64,000 nt of DNA from Candidatus Micrarchaeota archaeon (GTDB lineage Archaea > Micrarchaeota > Micrarchaeia > Micrarchaeales > Micrarchaeaceae). Location of the stretch: assembly GCA_027339055.1 (NCBI GenBank), contig DAHWRK010000001.1:6289-70288 (forward strand), in the 5' to 3' direction. This document shows, piece after piece, positions 28,707 to 37,880 of this stretch (positions are counted from its first letter, which is position 1; each line of letters starts with the position of its first letter). A program made the position numbers and the translations under genes. The notes under the pieces are model-generated. The model was not told the DNA's origin. It saw only the letters and a list, made by a program, of their open reading frames with translations, and did no database searches.

Positions 28707-29492
28707 ACGGGTGCAATAGAGATTATAAAAAGCGATTATATAAGGGAAATGATAGCCAAAGGCGAGCGAGAGGACAAGCGCGGCGCGATGGATTACAGGA
28801 ATATAGAGATAAAAACTGGTGTCATAGACCATGCCGAGGGTTCGGCACAGGTAGACATAGGAAACACAAGAGTGCTTGCCGGAGCCAAAATAGTGGTAGA
28901 CGAAGTGCATTCCGATACTCCGGACCAAGGCAACATAGTGGTTTCGGCAGAGCTTCTGCCGCTGGCTGCAGCAGAGTACGAAGCAGGGCCGCCAAGCCCT
29001 GAAGCAATAGAGCTCGCAAGGGTTGTCGACAGGGGCATAAGGGCAGGAAACTGCATAAAGCTCGAGGAGCTGTTTTTGGAAGAAGGCAAGGCATGGACGG
29101 TTTACGTTGACGTGTACGTCCTCAACTACGACGGCAACCTTTTCGACGCCAGTACGCTTGCTGCCATGGCTGCAATAGCAAATTCAAGGCTGCCGGCCTA
29201 CAAGGACGGAGTGGCGGATTACAAGGAGAGGAACACTCCGATAAATGTTAATAACATAGTGGCATCATGCACGTTCGCAAAGATAGGCAATGCGATAGTG
29301 CTGGATCCGAGCGGAGTTGAAGAATCGGCAATGGATGCAAGGCTCACGATTGCAACTGACGGAAAGACAGTAAGGGCAATGCAGAAGGGGCTTAAAGGAA
29401 GTTTTACGCTCAAGGAGATTGAAGAACTGGTAGATGCTGCGATCGAGAAGCACAAGGAGCTCGCAAAGCACATCGAAAAGGCAAAAAGATGA
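28707..29492 (+). CDS. rrp42: exosome subunit Rrp42 (probable ACG start at 28707; first ATG is at 28749)
   Basis: AEGSAQV, ELARVVDRGIR and YDGNLFDA motifs. The in-frame extension GAIEIIKSDYIREM follows GGTG-N5-ACG. Confidence 0.95.
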   Translation, partial: TGAIEIIKSDYIREMIAKGEREDKRGAMDYRNIEIKTGVIDHAEGSAQVDIGNTRVLAGAKIVVDEVHSDTPDQGNIVVSAELLPLAAAEYEAGPPSPEAIELARVVDRGIRAGNCIKLEELFLEEGKAWTVYVDVYVLNYDGNLFDASTLAAMAAIANSRLPAYKDGVADYKERNTPINVNNIVASCTFAKIGNAIVLDPSGVEESAMDARLTIATDGKTVRAMQKGLKGSFTLKEIEELVDAAIEKHKELAKHIEKAKR

Positions 29493-29496
29493 TTTT

Positions 29497-29745
29497 ATGG
29501 CAAGCCCTAATATAAGGTATGGAGCCAGGATAAGGAAGAGGCAGAAAGCGGTAAAGGCCGATAAGGTAGCACTCTACAAATGCGAAGAATGCGGCCACGT
29601 AGCCGTGAAGAGGATAAGCACCAGCATATGGAGATGCAGGCACTGCGGAGCGACTTATGCCGGAGGAGCATACACAATGACCACAGCCGCTGGCGAGGTC
29701 GCCAGAAGGCAGGTTGATTCCATAAGGAAGAGCAACAAGGGATAA
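29497..29745 (+). CDS. rpl37ae: 50S ribosomal protein L37Ae (eL43)
   Basis: RYGARIRK and CEECG..VKRISTSIWRCRHCG..YAGGAY motifs. Confidence 0.95.
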   Translation: MASPNIRYGARIRKRQKAVKADKVALYKCEECGHVAVKRISTSIWRCRHCGATYAGGAYTMTTAAGEVARRQVDSIRKSNKG

Positions 29746-29750
29746 TCGCA

Positions 29751-30131
29751 ATGGTAAAAATAAGCTTTTCGCCGGTAAACGAGCTCGTGGTTCACGAGGT
29801 TGTAAAGGTAGGCATGGACGACCTCATGAGGGAAAGGATAACCCCTGCAGGAACGATGCCCCTATACTGGTGCAATGGCTTTATTTTCAGCTTTTCGTCG
29901 GTCCCTATGAACAAGCGCGTCCTTGACGATTACCTTAACGGCAGGATACACTGGATGGAGGTGCACTACACAGAGATGAAGGACTATGACGAAGTGGTGG
30001 TGCTAAACGACGAGCATTACAACGGAAGCATGAAGATAAGGGTCATAGACACGAGCAAGTCTGCCCTTCACAGCGATTTCGTCAAATGGCTCAAGGCCAA
30101 CAGCAAGCCGGCCAGGGAAAGCAATAAATAA
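29751..30131 (+). CDS. hypothetical protein in the exosome superoperon
   Basis: 126-aa ORF between rpl37ae and rpoP on the same strand. Confidence 0.75.
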   Translation: MVKISFSPVNELVVHEVVKVGMDDLMRERITPAGTMPLYWCNGFIFSFSSVPMNKRVLDDYLNGRIHWMEVHYTEMKDYDEVVVLNDEHYNGSMKIRVIDTSKSALHSDFVKWLKANSKPARESNK

Positions 30132-30179
30132 TAATAAAGCCAACAGTATCGCAATGTTTACGTTCAAAGGTGTCAAAAA

Positions 30180-30311
30180 ATGAGCTATGTATGCATGAGC
30201 TGCAACAGGGAAATAGAGCAGATAGAGGGATTCGTAAGATGCCCCTACTGCGGAGGAAGAAGGCTTATAAAGAAAAGGCCCAGCATACCGAGAGAAGTCT
30301 CAACCGATTGA
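30180..30311 (+). CDS. rpoP: RNA polymerase subunit P (Rpo12)
   Basis: Hand-translated 43 aa: MSYVCMSCNREIEQIEGFVRCPYCGGRRLIKKRPSIPREVSTD. GGTG SD upstream. Confidence 0.93.
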   Translation: MSYVCMSCNREIEQIEGFVRCPYCGGRRLIKKRPSIPREVSTD

Positions 30312-30340
30312 AGGCTGGCTTTTTTATTTTAGGCCAAAGT

Positions 30341-30589
30341 TCAGCGCTTTGCCTCGGAAGCCCCCACTATGACTGTTTCTGATACGTTCTTTACCCTGTC
30401 ATAGCTTACGCTGTTTTTCTTCAGCAGCTGCGCGGTGTGGTCGCTTCTTATCAGGCTGTCTATCTTCACCGTAAGCATGCTTGCTATCTTGCCCTCCTCG
30501 AAATCTATTATCAGATCCTCGACGGTTCCGATCCTCTTGCCTTCGTTGCTTATTATCTGCTTTCCATACATGTCGGAGAGTAATACCAT
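30341..30589 (-). CDS. PRC-barrel domain protein
   Basis: LSDMYGKQIISNEGKRIGTVEDLIID pattern. Confidence 0.88.
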   Translation of the reverse strand: MVLLSDMYGKQIISNEGKRIGTVEDLIIDFEEGKIASMLTVKIDSLIRSDHTAQLLKKNSVSYDRVKNVSETVIVGASEAKR

Positions 30590-30598
30590 TTCAAAAAC

Positions 30599-31144
30599 CT
30601 ATTTTACGTTTAGTATGTGCTTGGAAGCGAATACTCTTATTATATAGGCTTTAAGCTCATTTATAAACTTTTGCTCGTCAGTCTCGAATTCCTTCATATC
30701 AATGCCGTCAAAAAGCTCCCTGTTTGAAACTACCAGCTTTTTCAGATACGCGTCAGTCAGGTAGTACGCTTTTGTGCCGCATGAGCCGCAGTCATACACC
30801 GGCATTATAGGTATTTTGGATGGCTTTTTCTCTGTCGAAGCGTGCCTTACTAGGGTATTGCGGTGGCATGACGGGCATTCTTTGTGAAGCGCTATTGGCT
30901 CGTAAACGCTCTCCTTCGGCTCTATCCCGTTTGAGTCCATGAAGGCCTCGACGAGCTCCTTCTGGTCGTGGCCTTTTATGTTTATGAGCCTCTGGTCGAG
31001 TATTCCGCCGTCCCTGTCGAATGTGGTCTGCAGGGCGTAGCTGTCGCCCTTGGGCTCCCACAGCACCTGAAGCTGTGCGCCATCCAGCTCGTATTCGAGC
31101 TTTATGGAGTGTTCCGGGCTTTCGGATAGGTTGCCTGATGCCAT
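30599..31144 (-). CDS. hypothetical zinc-ribbon protein
   Basis: CPSC...CGSC motif. Directly abuts the histone gene. Confidence 0.7.
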   Translation of the reverse strand: MASGNLSESPEHSIKLEYELDGAQLQVLWEPKGDSYALQTTFDRDGGILDQRLINIKGHDQKELVEAFMDSNGIEPKESVYEPIALHKECPSCHRNTLVRHASTEKKPSKIPIMPVYDCGSCGTKAYYLTDAYLKKLVVSNRELFDGIDMKEFETDEQKFINELKAYIIRVFASKHILNVK

Positions 31145-31354
31145 CTAATTACCGGGGTCAAGCGCGTACGCCTCCACGTCCTCGGCAGTAACCCTGCCGT
31201 TATTGCTCGATTTGGCGTGCTCCACAGCGTATTTTGCTATCTCCGAAGCCTTGTTATCCAGCATCTTGGCCATTGCAGCGGCAGCTTCGTCGTCTATTTT
31301 GATCCCGTATTTGCCCATGACAAGTTTTTTCACAGCAGCAATAGGTATGCCCAT
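31145..31354 (-). CDS. archaeal histone-fold protein (divergent)
   Basis: IPIAAVKKL...IDDEAAAAMAKML...IAKYAVEHAK...VTAEDV aligns by eye with HMf-type histones. Confidence 0.8.
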   Translation of the reverse strand: MGIPIAAVKKLVMGKYGIKIDDEAAAAMAKMLDNKASEIAKYAVEHAKSSNNGRVTAEDVEAYALDPGN

Positions 31355-31361
31355 TCAACCA

Positions 31362-31424
31362 CACAATCAGCACTCAAGATCCACATCACAGCAATCGCTC
31401 AGTGCGCTTTGTTCATCACAGCAG
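31362..31424 (-). ncRNA. C/D box guide sRNA, predicted guide for tRNA-Leu(CAA) Cm34
   Basis: Box C GTGATGA (31419-31413), D' CTGA (31402-31399), C' TGATGT (31388-31383), D CTGA (31370-31367). D guide GGATCTTGAGTG. TATA-like TTTTTATA at about 31450-31443. Confidence 0.8.
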
Positions 31425-31477
31425 ACTTATTGCAATTTAACATATAAAAATATGACGCCGTAGAGAGATAGCGGAAG

Positions 31478-31493
31478 TGCCGCATATGCGGCA
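31478..31493. repeat. perfect 16-bp palindrome in a divergent promoter region
   Basis: TGCCGCATATGCGGCA. Confidence 0.6.
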
Positions 31494-31583
31494 TGGCCGC
31501 ATTTTTATTTATTTTTATAATAGGAATGCTGCGATAGGCTTAAATAACATATAAAAAAGAATATATATGAAAAAGGTGATAGA

Positions 31584-31904
31584 GTGAGCGTTAAGGATGT
31601 AAACGAAAAGGAATTCGAAGAAGAAGTGCTTAAATCCGATATGCCAGTACTTGTTGACGTATGGGCAACATGGTGCGGCCCTTGCAGGATGTACTCTCCG
31701 ATAGTGGACGAAGTGTCGAACGACTACGAAGGAAAGATAAAATTTGTCAAGGTAGACGCTGACGAAAACGAGAATATAGCGGCAAAGTACGGCATAATGA
31801 GCATACCGACTACGCTGCTCATCGAGAAAGGCAAGGTAAAGGCCCAGAGCGTCGGAGCGGTTCCAAAAGAAGTGCTAAAGAAGTGGATAGAGAAGAACCT
31901 GTGA
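31584..31904 (+). CDS. trxA: thioredoxin
   Basis: WATWCGPC and IMSIPT motifs. Confidence 0.96.
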   Translation: MSVKDVNEKEFEEEVLKSDMPVLVDVWATWCGPCRMYSPIVDEVSNDYEGKIKFVKVDADENENIAAKYGIMSIPTTLLIEKGKVKAQSVGAVPKEVLKKWIEKNL

Positions 31905-31979
31905 TTGCAGGGCTTCTTTTTATTCTTTTTCTTCTGAATATCAGTGTCCAGCAGCGTAGCTGGCTTGCTAGTGTGTTTT

Positions 31980-33251
31980 ATGGGAGAAATACCATTCCCT
32001 AGGGGAGTAAGGGACCTTATGCCGAACGAGGCCATAGCCAGAAACGAAGTTATGGAAAAAATTGAGCGTGTATACAGGAGCTTCGGCTTCCTCCCGATAT
32101 ATACTCCTTACATGGAAAGCCTTGATGTGCTTAAGGCCAAGGAGGTCATAGGGGAAGAGAACAAGCTCATATTCGAGCTCAAGGACCAGAACAACGGGCT
32201 AAGATACGATCATACGGTAGGGCTTGCCAGGTACATAAGCATGCACAACAGCATGCCGCTGCCTTTCAAGAGGTATGCAATAGGCACAGTCTGGCGCATG
32301 GACGAGCCGCAGAAGATGAGGCTGAGGGAATTCGCTCAGGCCGACGTAGACATATTGGGAGGCGATGCCATAAAGGCCAACGCTGAAGCAATAGCTGCGG
32401 TATGCAAGGCAATGGACGAGCTCGGGCTTGATTACACCATAAGGCTCAACAGCAGGCAGACGGTTGACGTTTTCATGGAAAGGATAGGCCTGAAGGAACA
32501 GACGCAGAAGATAATGAGGATTATGGACAAAGCCGATAAAATAGGCAGGGAAGGAGTATCAAAGGAACTGTCTGCCATAGGCTTGAAGGACGATTCGATA
32601 GACCAGATAGGCGCGCTTGTTGGGGTTTCCGGGACCAATGAAGAAAGGATCAAAGCCATAAACGGCATGGCAGGAAGCGAAGATGCGTGCGCGGAGATAT
32701 CAGGCACGCTTGAGCTTTTGCAGAAATATGCAATAAAGGGCAAGTGCATAGTCGATCCTTCGATAGTAAGGGGAATAGATTACTACACCGGCATAGTTAT
32801 GGAAACAATCGACAACACAGGCTTTGCAGGCAGCACTTCCATATGCTCTGGAGGGAGATACGACAACCTTGTGTCAAGGTTCAGCGAAAGCAAATTGCCA
32901 GGAGTTGGATTCAGCATAGGAATAGACAGGGTGCTTGACGTTATGAAGTTCGGGGATAGCAAGAAACGCACATACGCCAAGGTATTTGTGGCTTACATAA
33001 AGGAGCAGAATTACGATTACGCGCTTGATGTCGCGATGAAGCTTAGAAGCGCAGGCGTTGAGGTTGACCTCAACCAGGCGAGCAGGAACATATCCAACCA
33101 GCTCTCATACGCTTCGTCCCTTGGCATGCCCTATTCCATAGTCGTAGGGCCGAAGGAGCAGGATACCGGCAAGGTAAAGCTCAGGAATATGGACACGGGC
33201 GATGAATCCGAGATGTCGGTTGACGAAGCCATAGCGAGCATTGCCAAGTGA
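31980..33251 (+). CDS. hisS: histidyl-tRNA synthetase
   Basis: PRGVRD, LRYDHT, REFAQADVD, RGIDYYTG and GGRYD motifs. Confidence 0.96.
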   Translation: MGEIPFPRGVRDLMPNEAIARNEVMEKIERVYRSFGFLPIYTPYMESLDVLKAKEVIGEENKLIFELKDQNNGLRYDHTVGLARYISMHNSMPLPFKRYAIGTVWRMDEPQKMRLREFAQADVDILGGDAIKANAEAIAAVCKAMDELGLDYTIRLNSRQTVDVFMERIGLKEQTQKIMRIMDKADKIGREGVSKELSAIGLKDDSIDQIGALVGVSGTNEERIKAINGMAGSEDACAEISGTLELLQKYAIKGKCIVDPSIVRGIDYYTGIVMETIDNTGFAGSTSICSGGRYDNLVSRFSESKLPGVGFSIGIDRVLDVMKFGDSKKRTYAKVFVAYIKEQNYDYALDVAMKLRSAGVEVDLNQASRNISNQLSYASSLGMPYSIVVGPKEQDTGKVKLRNMDTGDESEMSVDEAIASIAK

Positions 33252-33296
33252 TTTATAAATTTTTAGGATAAAATAGGTTATTCGAAGGTAATTGAC

Positions 33297-33806
33297 ATGG
33301 GAAAATCAGAGGTTGAAAAGCTTACCGACGAGAAGATAGCGAAAGGCGGCGTTCTCGTGAAACTTTATTTTGACATGCAGCACAAGGAGAAGGAGAAACT
33401 TCAGCCGCTGATGGCAGACCTGATAAACGAAAGGCTGATGAAGGAGAAGGGCGTTGTCTACTGCTACGGCAGCATAGAGGAACCGTTAAAGAGGGACGAC
33501 CTGTACACTACCAGCGCGATGGTGACCGTTCTGTTCGAAAGCTTCTTCCCGCTAATAGGCGTGGCCTTCAATTATGCGCCTGCAGGCGTAGAGGTATTGA
33601 GGCCTGAGAAAGAGATGAGGTTTACAACCGCAGAGCTGCAGAGCCTGATACTTGAGCTCTCGCAGATATCCGTAACGTACTCTAAATACATACTGGAGCG
33701 CGTAATGAAGCCAGAGGAGATAGACTCGCTTAGCAAAAGCATGGATACGCGCGCCGAAGTCGGCAAAAAGTTTCTGGGCAAAAAGGACGACGAGCAGGCA
33801 GCTTGA
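33297..33806 (+). CDS. hypothetical protein
   Basis: 169-aa ORF with an SD (AGGT) and an upstream TATA-like element. Confidence 0.75.
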   Translation: MGKSEVEKLTDEKIAKGGVLVKLYFDMQHKEKEKLQPLMADLINERLMKEKGVVYCYGSIEEPLKRDDLYTTSAMVTVLFESFFPLIGVAFNYAPAGVEVLRPEKEMRFTTAELQSLILELSQISVTYSKYILERVMKPEEIDSLSKSMDTRAEVGKKFLGKKDDEQAA

Positions 33807-33811
33807 GCGTA

Positions 33812-34903
33812 TTACTTTGCATCGGCAAGGCGGTACTGCCTTGCCAGGTCGGCCGAAAGCCTGGAAAGGGCTTTGGTCGATTCGTTATTGTTCATTTCAG
33901 AGGCCCTTACTATTTCTGACATCTTTGCTATAACGTCGTCGTATTCCCTGAGGTTTATTGGATAGGGTATCCCATCCTTTCCGCCTACGTTATAGGAATA
34001 CATTACAGGGTCCCTGTACGATACCTCTTTGTCGTATATCAGCGAGGATATGAGCGCGAGCGATTTTAGGGTTTTTCTTCCTAGGCCCTTTATTGAAAGG
34101 AGCTCTTCATAGCTCTCCGGCTGCATCTCATTTGCGTATTTCAGAGTATCTCGCGCACGCTTGGACATATCCACATTTTCGAGTATTTCGTGGCGTGAAG
34201 GGAGCCGGTAAACCTTCGAGTTAAAATTGAGTATGGCATTTATGTCCTCGTTGACTGCGGCAACGCTGTCATTTTTTATGCCTGTGTTGTCGTTAAAGGT
34301 AAGGTCAAGAGTCTGGGAGCTGCTTGATGCGCCTACGGCGCTGTTGGTTTCCTTGGTCATGTCGGAATAGTCTATTTTTCTGGAATCTATCTGGAACCGT
34401 ATTGCATTGTCTGTCGAGTTCTGCATTGCCTGCTGGACTACGCACCAGTCGCCCTTATCCGAGAACACGAATGTATGGTGGTATATCCCTATGTCATCGT
34501 ATACGAGCGCGGAATCTATCTTTGCCGACATCCTGCTCATGCGCACGTATTCTTCGGCTTTGGACTCCATTGAAAAGTATTTGAGGCCCTGCATTATCTG
34601 CTCCGGCGTGGATGTCCCCTGCTTGCCCTTGCCTCCTGCTATGAAAATCCCTGAGTTGTTGTTTAGCGCCTCCTTTAGCGCACCCATCGTGACCGTTGTT
34701 GTGCCGCTGCTGTGCCAGTCGTAGCCTATGGCGCAGGAAAGCGCCTGGAACCAGTACGGGTTCGAGAGCCGCGACACAAACTCCGATTCGCCGTACTCGC
34801 GTATTACGACCTCGCTTACGAGCTTTGATAGCTTGACCATCCTAGGGAACAGCCATCTTGGGGCCCTCCCACCATGGAGAGGCAGCACGCTTACGCTTTG
34901 CAT
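33812..34903 (-). CDS. DUF763 family protein
   Basis: LPLHGGRAPRWLFPRM, GYDWHSSGTTT and GGKDGIPYP motifs. Confidence 0.9.
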   Translation of the reverse strand: MQSVSVLPLHGGRAPRWLFPRMVKLSKLVSEVVIREYGESEFVSRLSNPYWFQALSCAIGYDWHSSGTTTVTMGALKEALNNNSGIFIAGGKGKQGTSTPEQIMQGLKYFSMESKAEEYVRMSRMSAKIDSALVYDDIGIYHHTFVFSDKGDWCVVQQAMQNSTDNAIRFQIDSRKIDYSDMTKETNSAVGASSSSQTLDLTFNDNTGIKNDSVAAVNEDINAILNFNSKVYRLPSRHEILENVDMSKRARDTLKYANEMQPESYEELLSIKGLGRKTLKSLALISSLIYDKEVSYRDPVMYSYNVGGKDGIPYPINLREYDDVIAKMSEIVRASEMNNNESTKALSRLSADLARQYRLADAK

Positions 34904-34947
34904 GATTAGAATTCCGCTTGCAGCTATTTAAAAAGATTGTTTGGCGG

Positions 34948-36003
34948 TTACGAAGAAACTGTCGTCAGGTTTATCAATATGCCTGGAGTCTGCGATGGCA
35001 GGGGCGACATATGAAAGCCCGTGACTGCGATATAGCTGTGATGCTTGAGGCTTTGTGCCACTACCCTTACCTGGACGGCATCTCCGGAAAGAGATATTAA
35101 CGGTATGCTGGCATTCCTGAACGTATAGGGCGCAGTGGTTCCAAATTTAGATATGTTGAACGTATTGTAATGCGCTATCTCGGCAGGGAGCCCGTCATGG
35201 AGTATTTCAACGTAGATATTGGCATCTTCCGGGCTTATTACCTTGAAGTTAAGGAACGGCTCTGATACAATGAAGGGGCTCGAGGTCAGATTGCCCGGAG
35301 CGTTGCTAAGCCCGCAGTTGAATGTTGTGGCGAAATAGCTGCCGTTGTAACCAGCCCATGGCGCGCCAAGATAGCAGCCTTCGCTGTCAGCCTTTGCTAT
35401 GCTTGTCGGCGCGGTGCCGAAGCCAGTATTGGCCAGATACCAGCCGTTGTATTCTCCAGTGCTGAAATTGCCGTTGTACACTTCGGGATATGTGACATTT
35501 GAAGGTGCGGTTGTCGTTGTGTTAAGCTTTATGAATGCATACTTGTTGCTGCATGTTCCCCCCGGCTGCCCTGTCTTCAGAGTTACTTTGTAATACGCTG
35601 CCGGAAGCGTTATATTCTGCAGGAACGTGGAGCACGAATACGAAGATGTACCGTTAAGATAGGTTATGTTGTTTATTCCCCTTATTGAATAGCTTATGCT
35701 TTTGGAACTCCCTGACGCAACCCATATTCCTATTGGGCCGCCAGACCAAATGCAGTAATTTATGTCTATGGAATTGCTAGTGGAATTGAACATACCGAGA
35801 TCGGCGCAGTTGCTTAGGTAGTACACAGTAGTGGTCGTGTTAGTTTTGTTTGACGTGACATTTGAAGTTGTGTTTGGCTTTATTGTGCTTGAAAGAGTTG
35901 ACGTGCTCGTTATTCTTGCAGGAAACTTGAAACCGATGGTGAAATACCAAAGCGCTATTATAATGAGTATTATTGCTATGTAAGCGATTATGCCTTTGTG
36001 CGT
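34948..36003 (-). CDS. membrane-anchored surface protein (probable ACG start at 36003)
   Basis: (M)HKG-IIAYIAIILIIIALWYF signal/TM segment, Thr-rich linker, many sequons. The ORF-track N-terminal extension overlaps rpl41e on the opposite strand. Confidence 0.75.
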   Translation of the reverse strand, partial: THKGIIAYIAIILIIIALWYFTIGFKFPARITSTSTLSSTIKPNTTSNVTSNKTNTTTTVYYLSNCADLGMFNSTSNSIDINYCIWSGGPIGIWVASGSSKSISYSIRGINNITYLNGTSSYSCSTFLQNITLPAAYYKVTLKTGQPGGTCSNKYAFIKLNTTTTAPSNVTYPEVYNGNFSTGEYNGWYLANTGFGTAPTSIAKADSEGCYLGAPWAGYNGSYFATTFNCGLSNAPGNLTSSPFIVSEPFLNFKVISPEDANIYVEILHDGLPAEIAHYNTFNISKFGTTAPYTFRNASIPLISLSGDAVQVRVVAQSLKHHSYIAVTGFHMSPLPSQTPGILINLTTVSS

Positions 36004-36121
36004 TGCAACACCGTATGGATTATTAGGACAGTATATATGAATACAGAACTTATTTAAATGATGATGGATAAATACTATACGCCGATGCAGCTTAGTAGCG
36101 GCAACGTTCAAAGGTGTTATT

Positions 36122-36235
36122 TTGGGAAGCATCCCTAGGAAATGGAAGAAGAAAGGGCGAATGCGCTGGAAATGGAAGAAGAAAAGGCGCAAGCGCTTGA
36201 AGAGAGCACAGAAACGCAGAGTAGGAGAGCTTTGA
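36122..36235 (+). CDS. rpl41e: ribosomal protein L41e (eL41/eS32)
   Basis: Hand-translated MGSIPRKWKKKGRMRWKWKKKRRKRLKRAQKRRVGEL. SD GGTG-N5-TTG. Confidence 0.9.
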   Translation: MGSIPRKWKKKGRMRWKWKKKRRKRLKRAQKRRVGEL

Positions 36236-36315
36236 GCTCTCCGTTCTTGCGGAAAGTCTTTTCCTTTGTGCCGGATAAAATCCGGCAAGCTTTATTTTTA
36301 CCTTTACTGTAAACT

Positions 36316-37770
36316 CTATTTTGTTAGCTTGTCGAGCATCGGATACGTCTCGAAAAGACTCTCCTGCTCGAGCTGCTGGTACAGCATGTATATTATGCCG
36401 ACCGTAAGCAGTATTCCTATCCCGGTGCCTATGGCTCCAGTAAGATTGGCTACGGCTGCAAGCAATCCAACGAATATGCTGCCAAGCACTGTTATTGTAG
36501 GTATGTATTTGTTGAGCACATTCTCGACTATCCTAGGATCGCGCCTGAACCCTGGTATTTGCCAGCCCATATCGCCGAGCTGCTGTGCCATGTTCTTTGG
36601 AGACTGCCCCGTCATTTCTACCCAGAACTTTCCGAATATGACGCAAAGGACTACGAATACCAAAACGTATATTATCATGTGTATCCATTCAGGAACGAGC
36701 ACGAAGCCGCCCCACGGCATGAATAGCTGCGTGGTGTGCGTAGCCAGATAAGTGAAATAAGTCGCATAGTTTCCTATCCCGTAAGGTGCGGCGTATGGAA
36801 GTGGAAAATCAGGAGATATCAAGTACAGAAGCCCTCCGTTAAGCGTCACAGTGCCGCCTATGTTCTGGTACAGCCCTATGAATTTTGCTATGTTGCCCAG
36901 CGAGCCGCCAACGTTGTAGAGCAATGGCTTGAACCAGACGCTTAAGCTTTCTTCGAGTGCCGTAGCAAGTATAACCGGCAGCACGCTTACGTACAGGAAC
37001 GGTATGGGCAATCTCCCGCCTACGCCCCTGAGCTGCTCAAAGCTCAGCGGCAGTTCTATCTTCATGCCGTACGCGTATATGCTTATAAGAAATATTATTA
37101 TCGCGAAGAACAGCGGGCCGAACGCCATTATCGCATTGGAAAGGGCTGCAGCGCCTCCGGCCTGTATGGCGGCTATTGCTTCCGGTATGAGTATTTTTAT
37201 TGTTCCTGCGACTATTGCGAACGAAACCCCTCCGGCTATGAACATGTTTATTCCGGAGGTTATCCCATATTTTGTCATTATCTCGTCAAGGAATATGATT
37301 ATTATGGCGCCTATGGCGAGCTGCAATATGACTATGCCTATCTGTGCAGAGCTTATAACAGGCACATACCCGCTTATCACGAAAACAGCGGATTCTATTA
37401 CTGCTATTGACATGGCAGCGAGCTTCTGCATTGCCTGGAACCTGGACTTCTGCGTAGTGTCGTTCATGTCCATTTTTAGCAGTCCGGAGCCGTTAAGCAG
37501 CTGCAAAATTATGCTGGAAAGCACTATGGGCCCTATTCCAACGGTTATCAGGCTGCCGATTTTTGCTGCAAATATTATGCTGATGAGCTGCAACACCGGC
37601 TGCGAAACGGCCGTAGGGCTGACGCCTATGGCATAAGCGTTGTAAAGCATGAAGTAGATAGTCATTATTCCTGCGGTCCAGTACATCTTTTCCCTTAGCG
37701 ACAGGGGTTTTTTTGGCCCTCTTATCGTAGGTATGTACGGGGCTATCTTGTCCATGAATTCTAGAGTCAT
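36316..37770 (-). CDS. secY: preprotein translocase SecY/Sec61alpha
   Basis: GSLITVGIGPIV, GITSGINMFIA, IPGFRRD and GTGILL-like motifs. Confidence 0.97.
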   Translation of the reverse strand: MTLEFMDKIAPYIPTIRGPKKPLSLREKMYWTAGIMTIYFMLYNAYAIGVSPTAVSQPVLQLISIIFAAKIGSLITVGIGPIVLSSIILQLLNGSGLLKMDMNDTTQKSRFQAMQKLAAMSIAVIESAVFVISGYVPVISSAQIGIVILQLAIGAIIIIFLDEIMTKYGITSGINMFIAGGVSFAIVAGTIKILIPEAIAAIQAGGAAALSNAIMAFGPLFFAIIIFLISIYAYGMKIELPLSFEQLRGVGGRLPIPFLYVSVLPVILATALEESLSVWFKPLLYNVGGSLGNIAKFIGLYQNIGGTVTLNGGLLYLISPDFPLPYAAPYGIGNYATYFTYLATHTTQLFMPWGGFVLVPEWIHMIIYVLVFVVLCVIFGKFWVEMTGQSPKNMAQQLGDMGWQIPGFRRDPRIVENVLNKYIPTITVLGSIFVGLLAAVANLTGAIGTGIGILLTVGIIYMLYQQLEQESLFETYPMLDKLTK

Positions 37771-37880
37771 TGTTACCTCCGCTATCGAGTTTCGTTGTTG
37801 CTGTGGTCGAATTTCTGGTGTGGCGCTTTAGTTGTAAGCTATCCCTAAGCCAGTTCCCAGAGAAGCACCAGCATTTTAGG

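Noticed and set aside
36004-36288. N-terminal 95 aa of the 446-aa ORF and the apparent GGAAATGGAAGAAGAAA tandem repeat
   Set aside because: The extension covers the antisense of rpl41e and its promoter region; the repeat just encodes KWKKK twice.
37771-37880. 9-codon uORF or structured leader before secY
   Set aside because: Only a short CTGGTG/CACCAG pairing and no SD; not distinguishable from chance.
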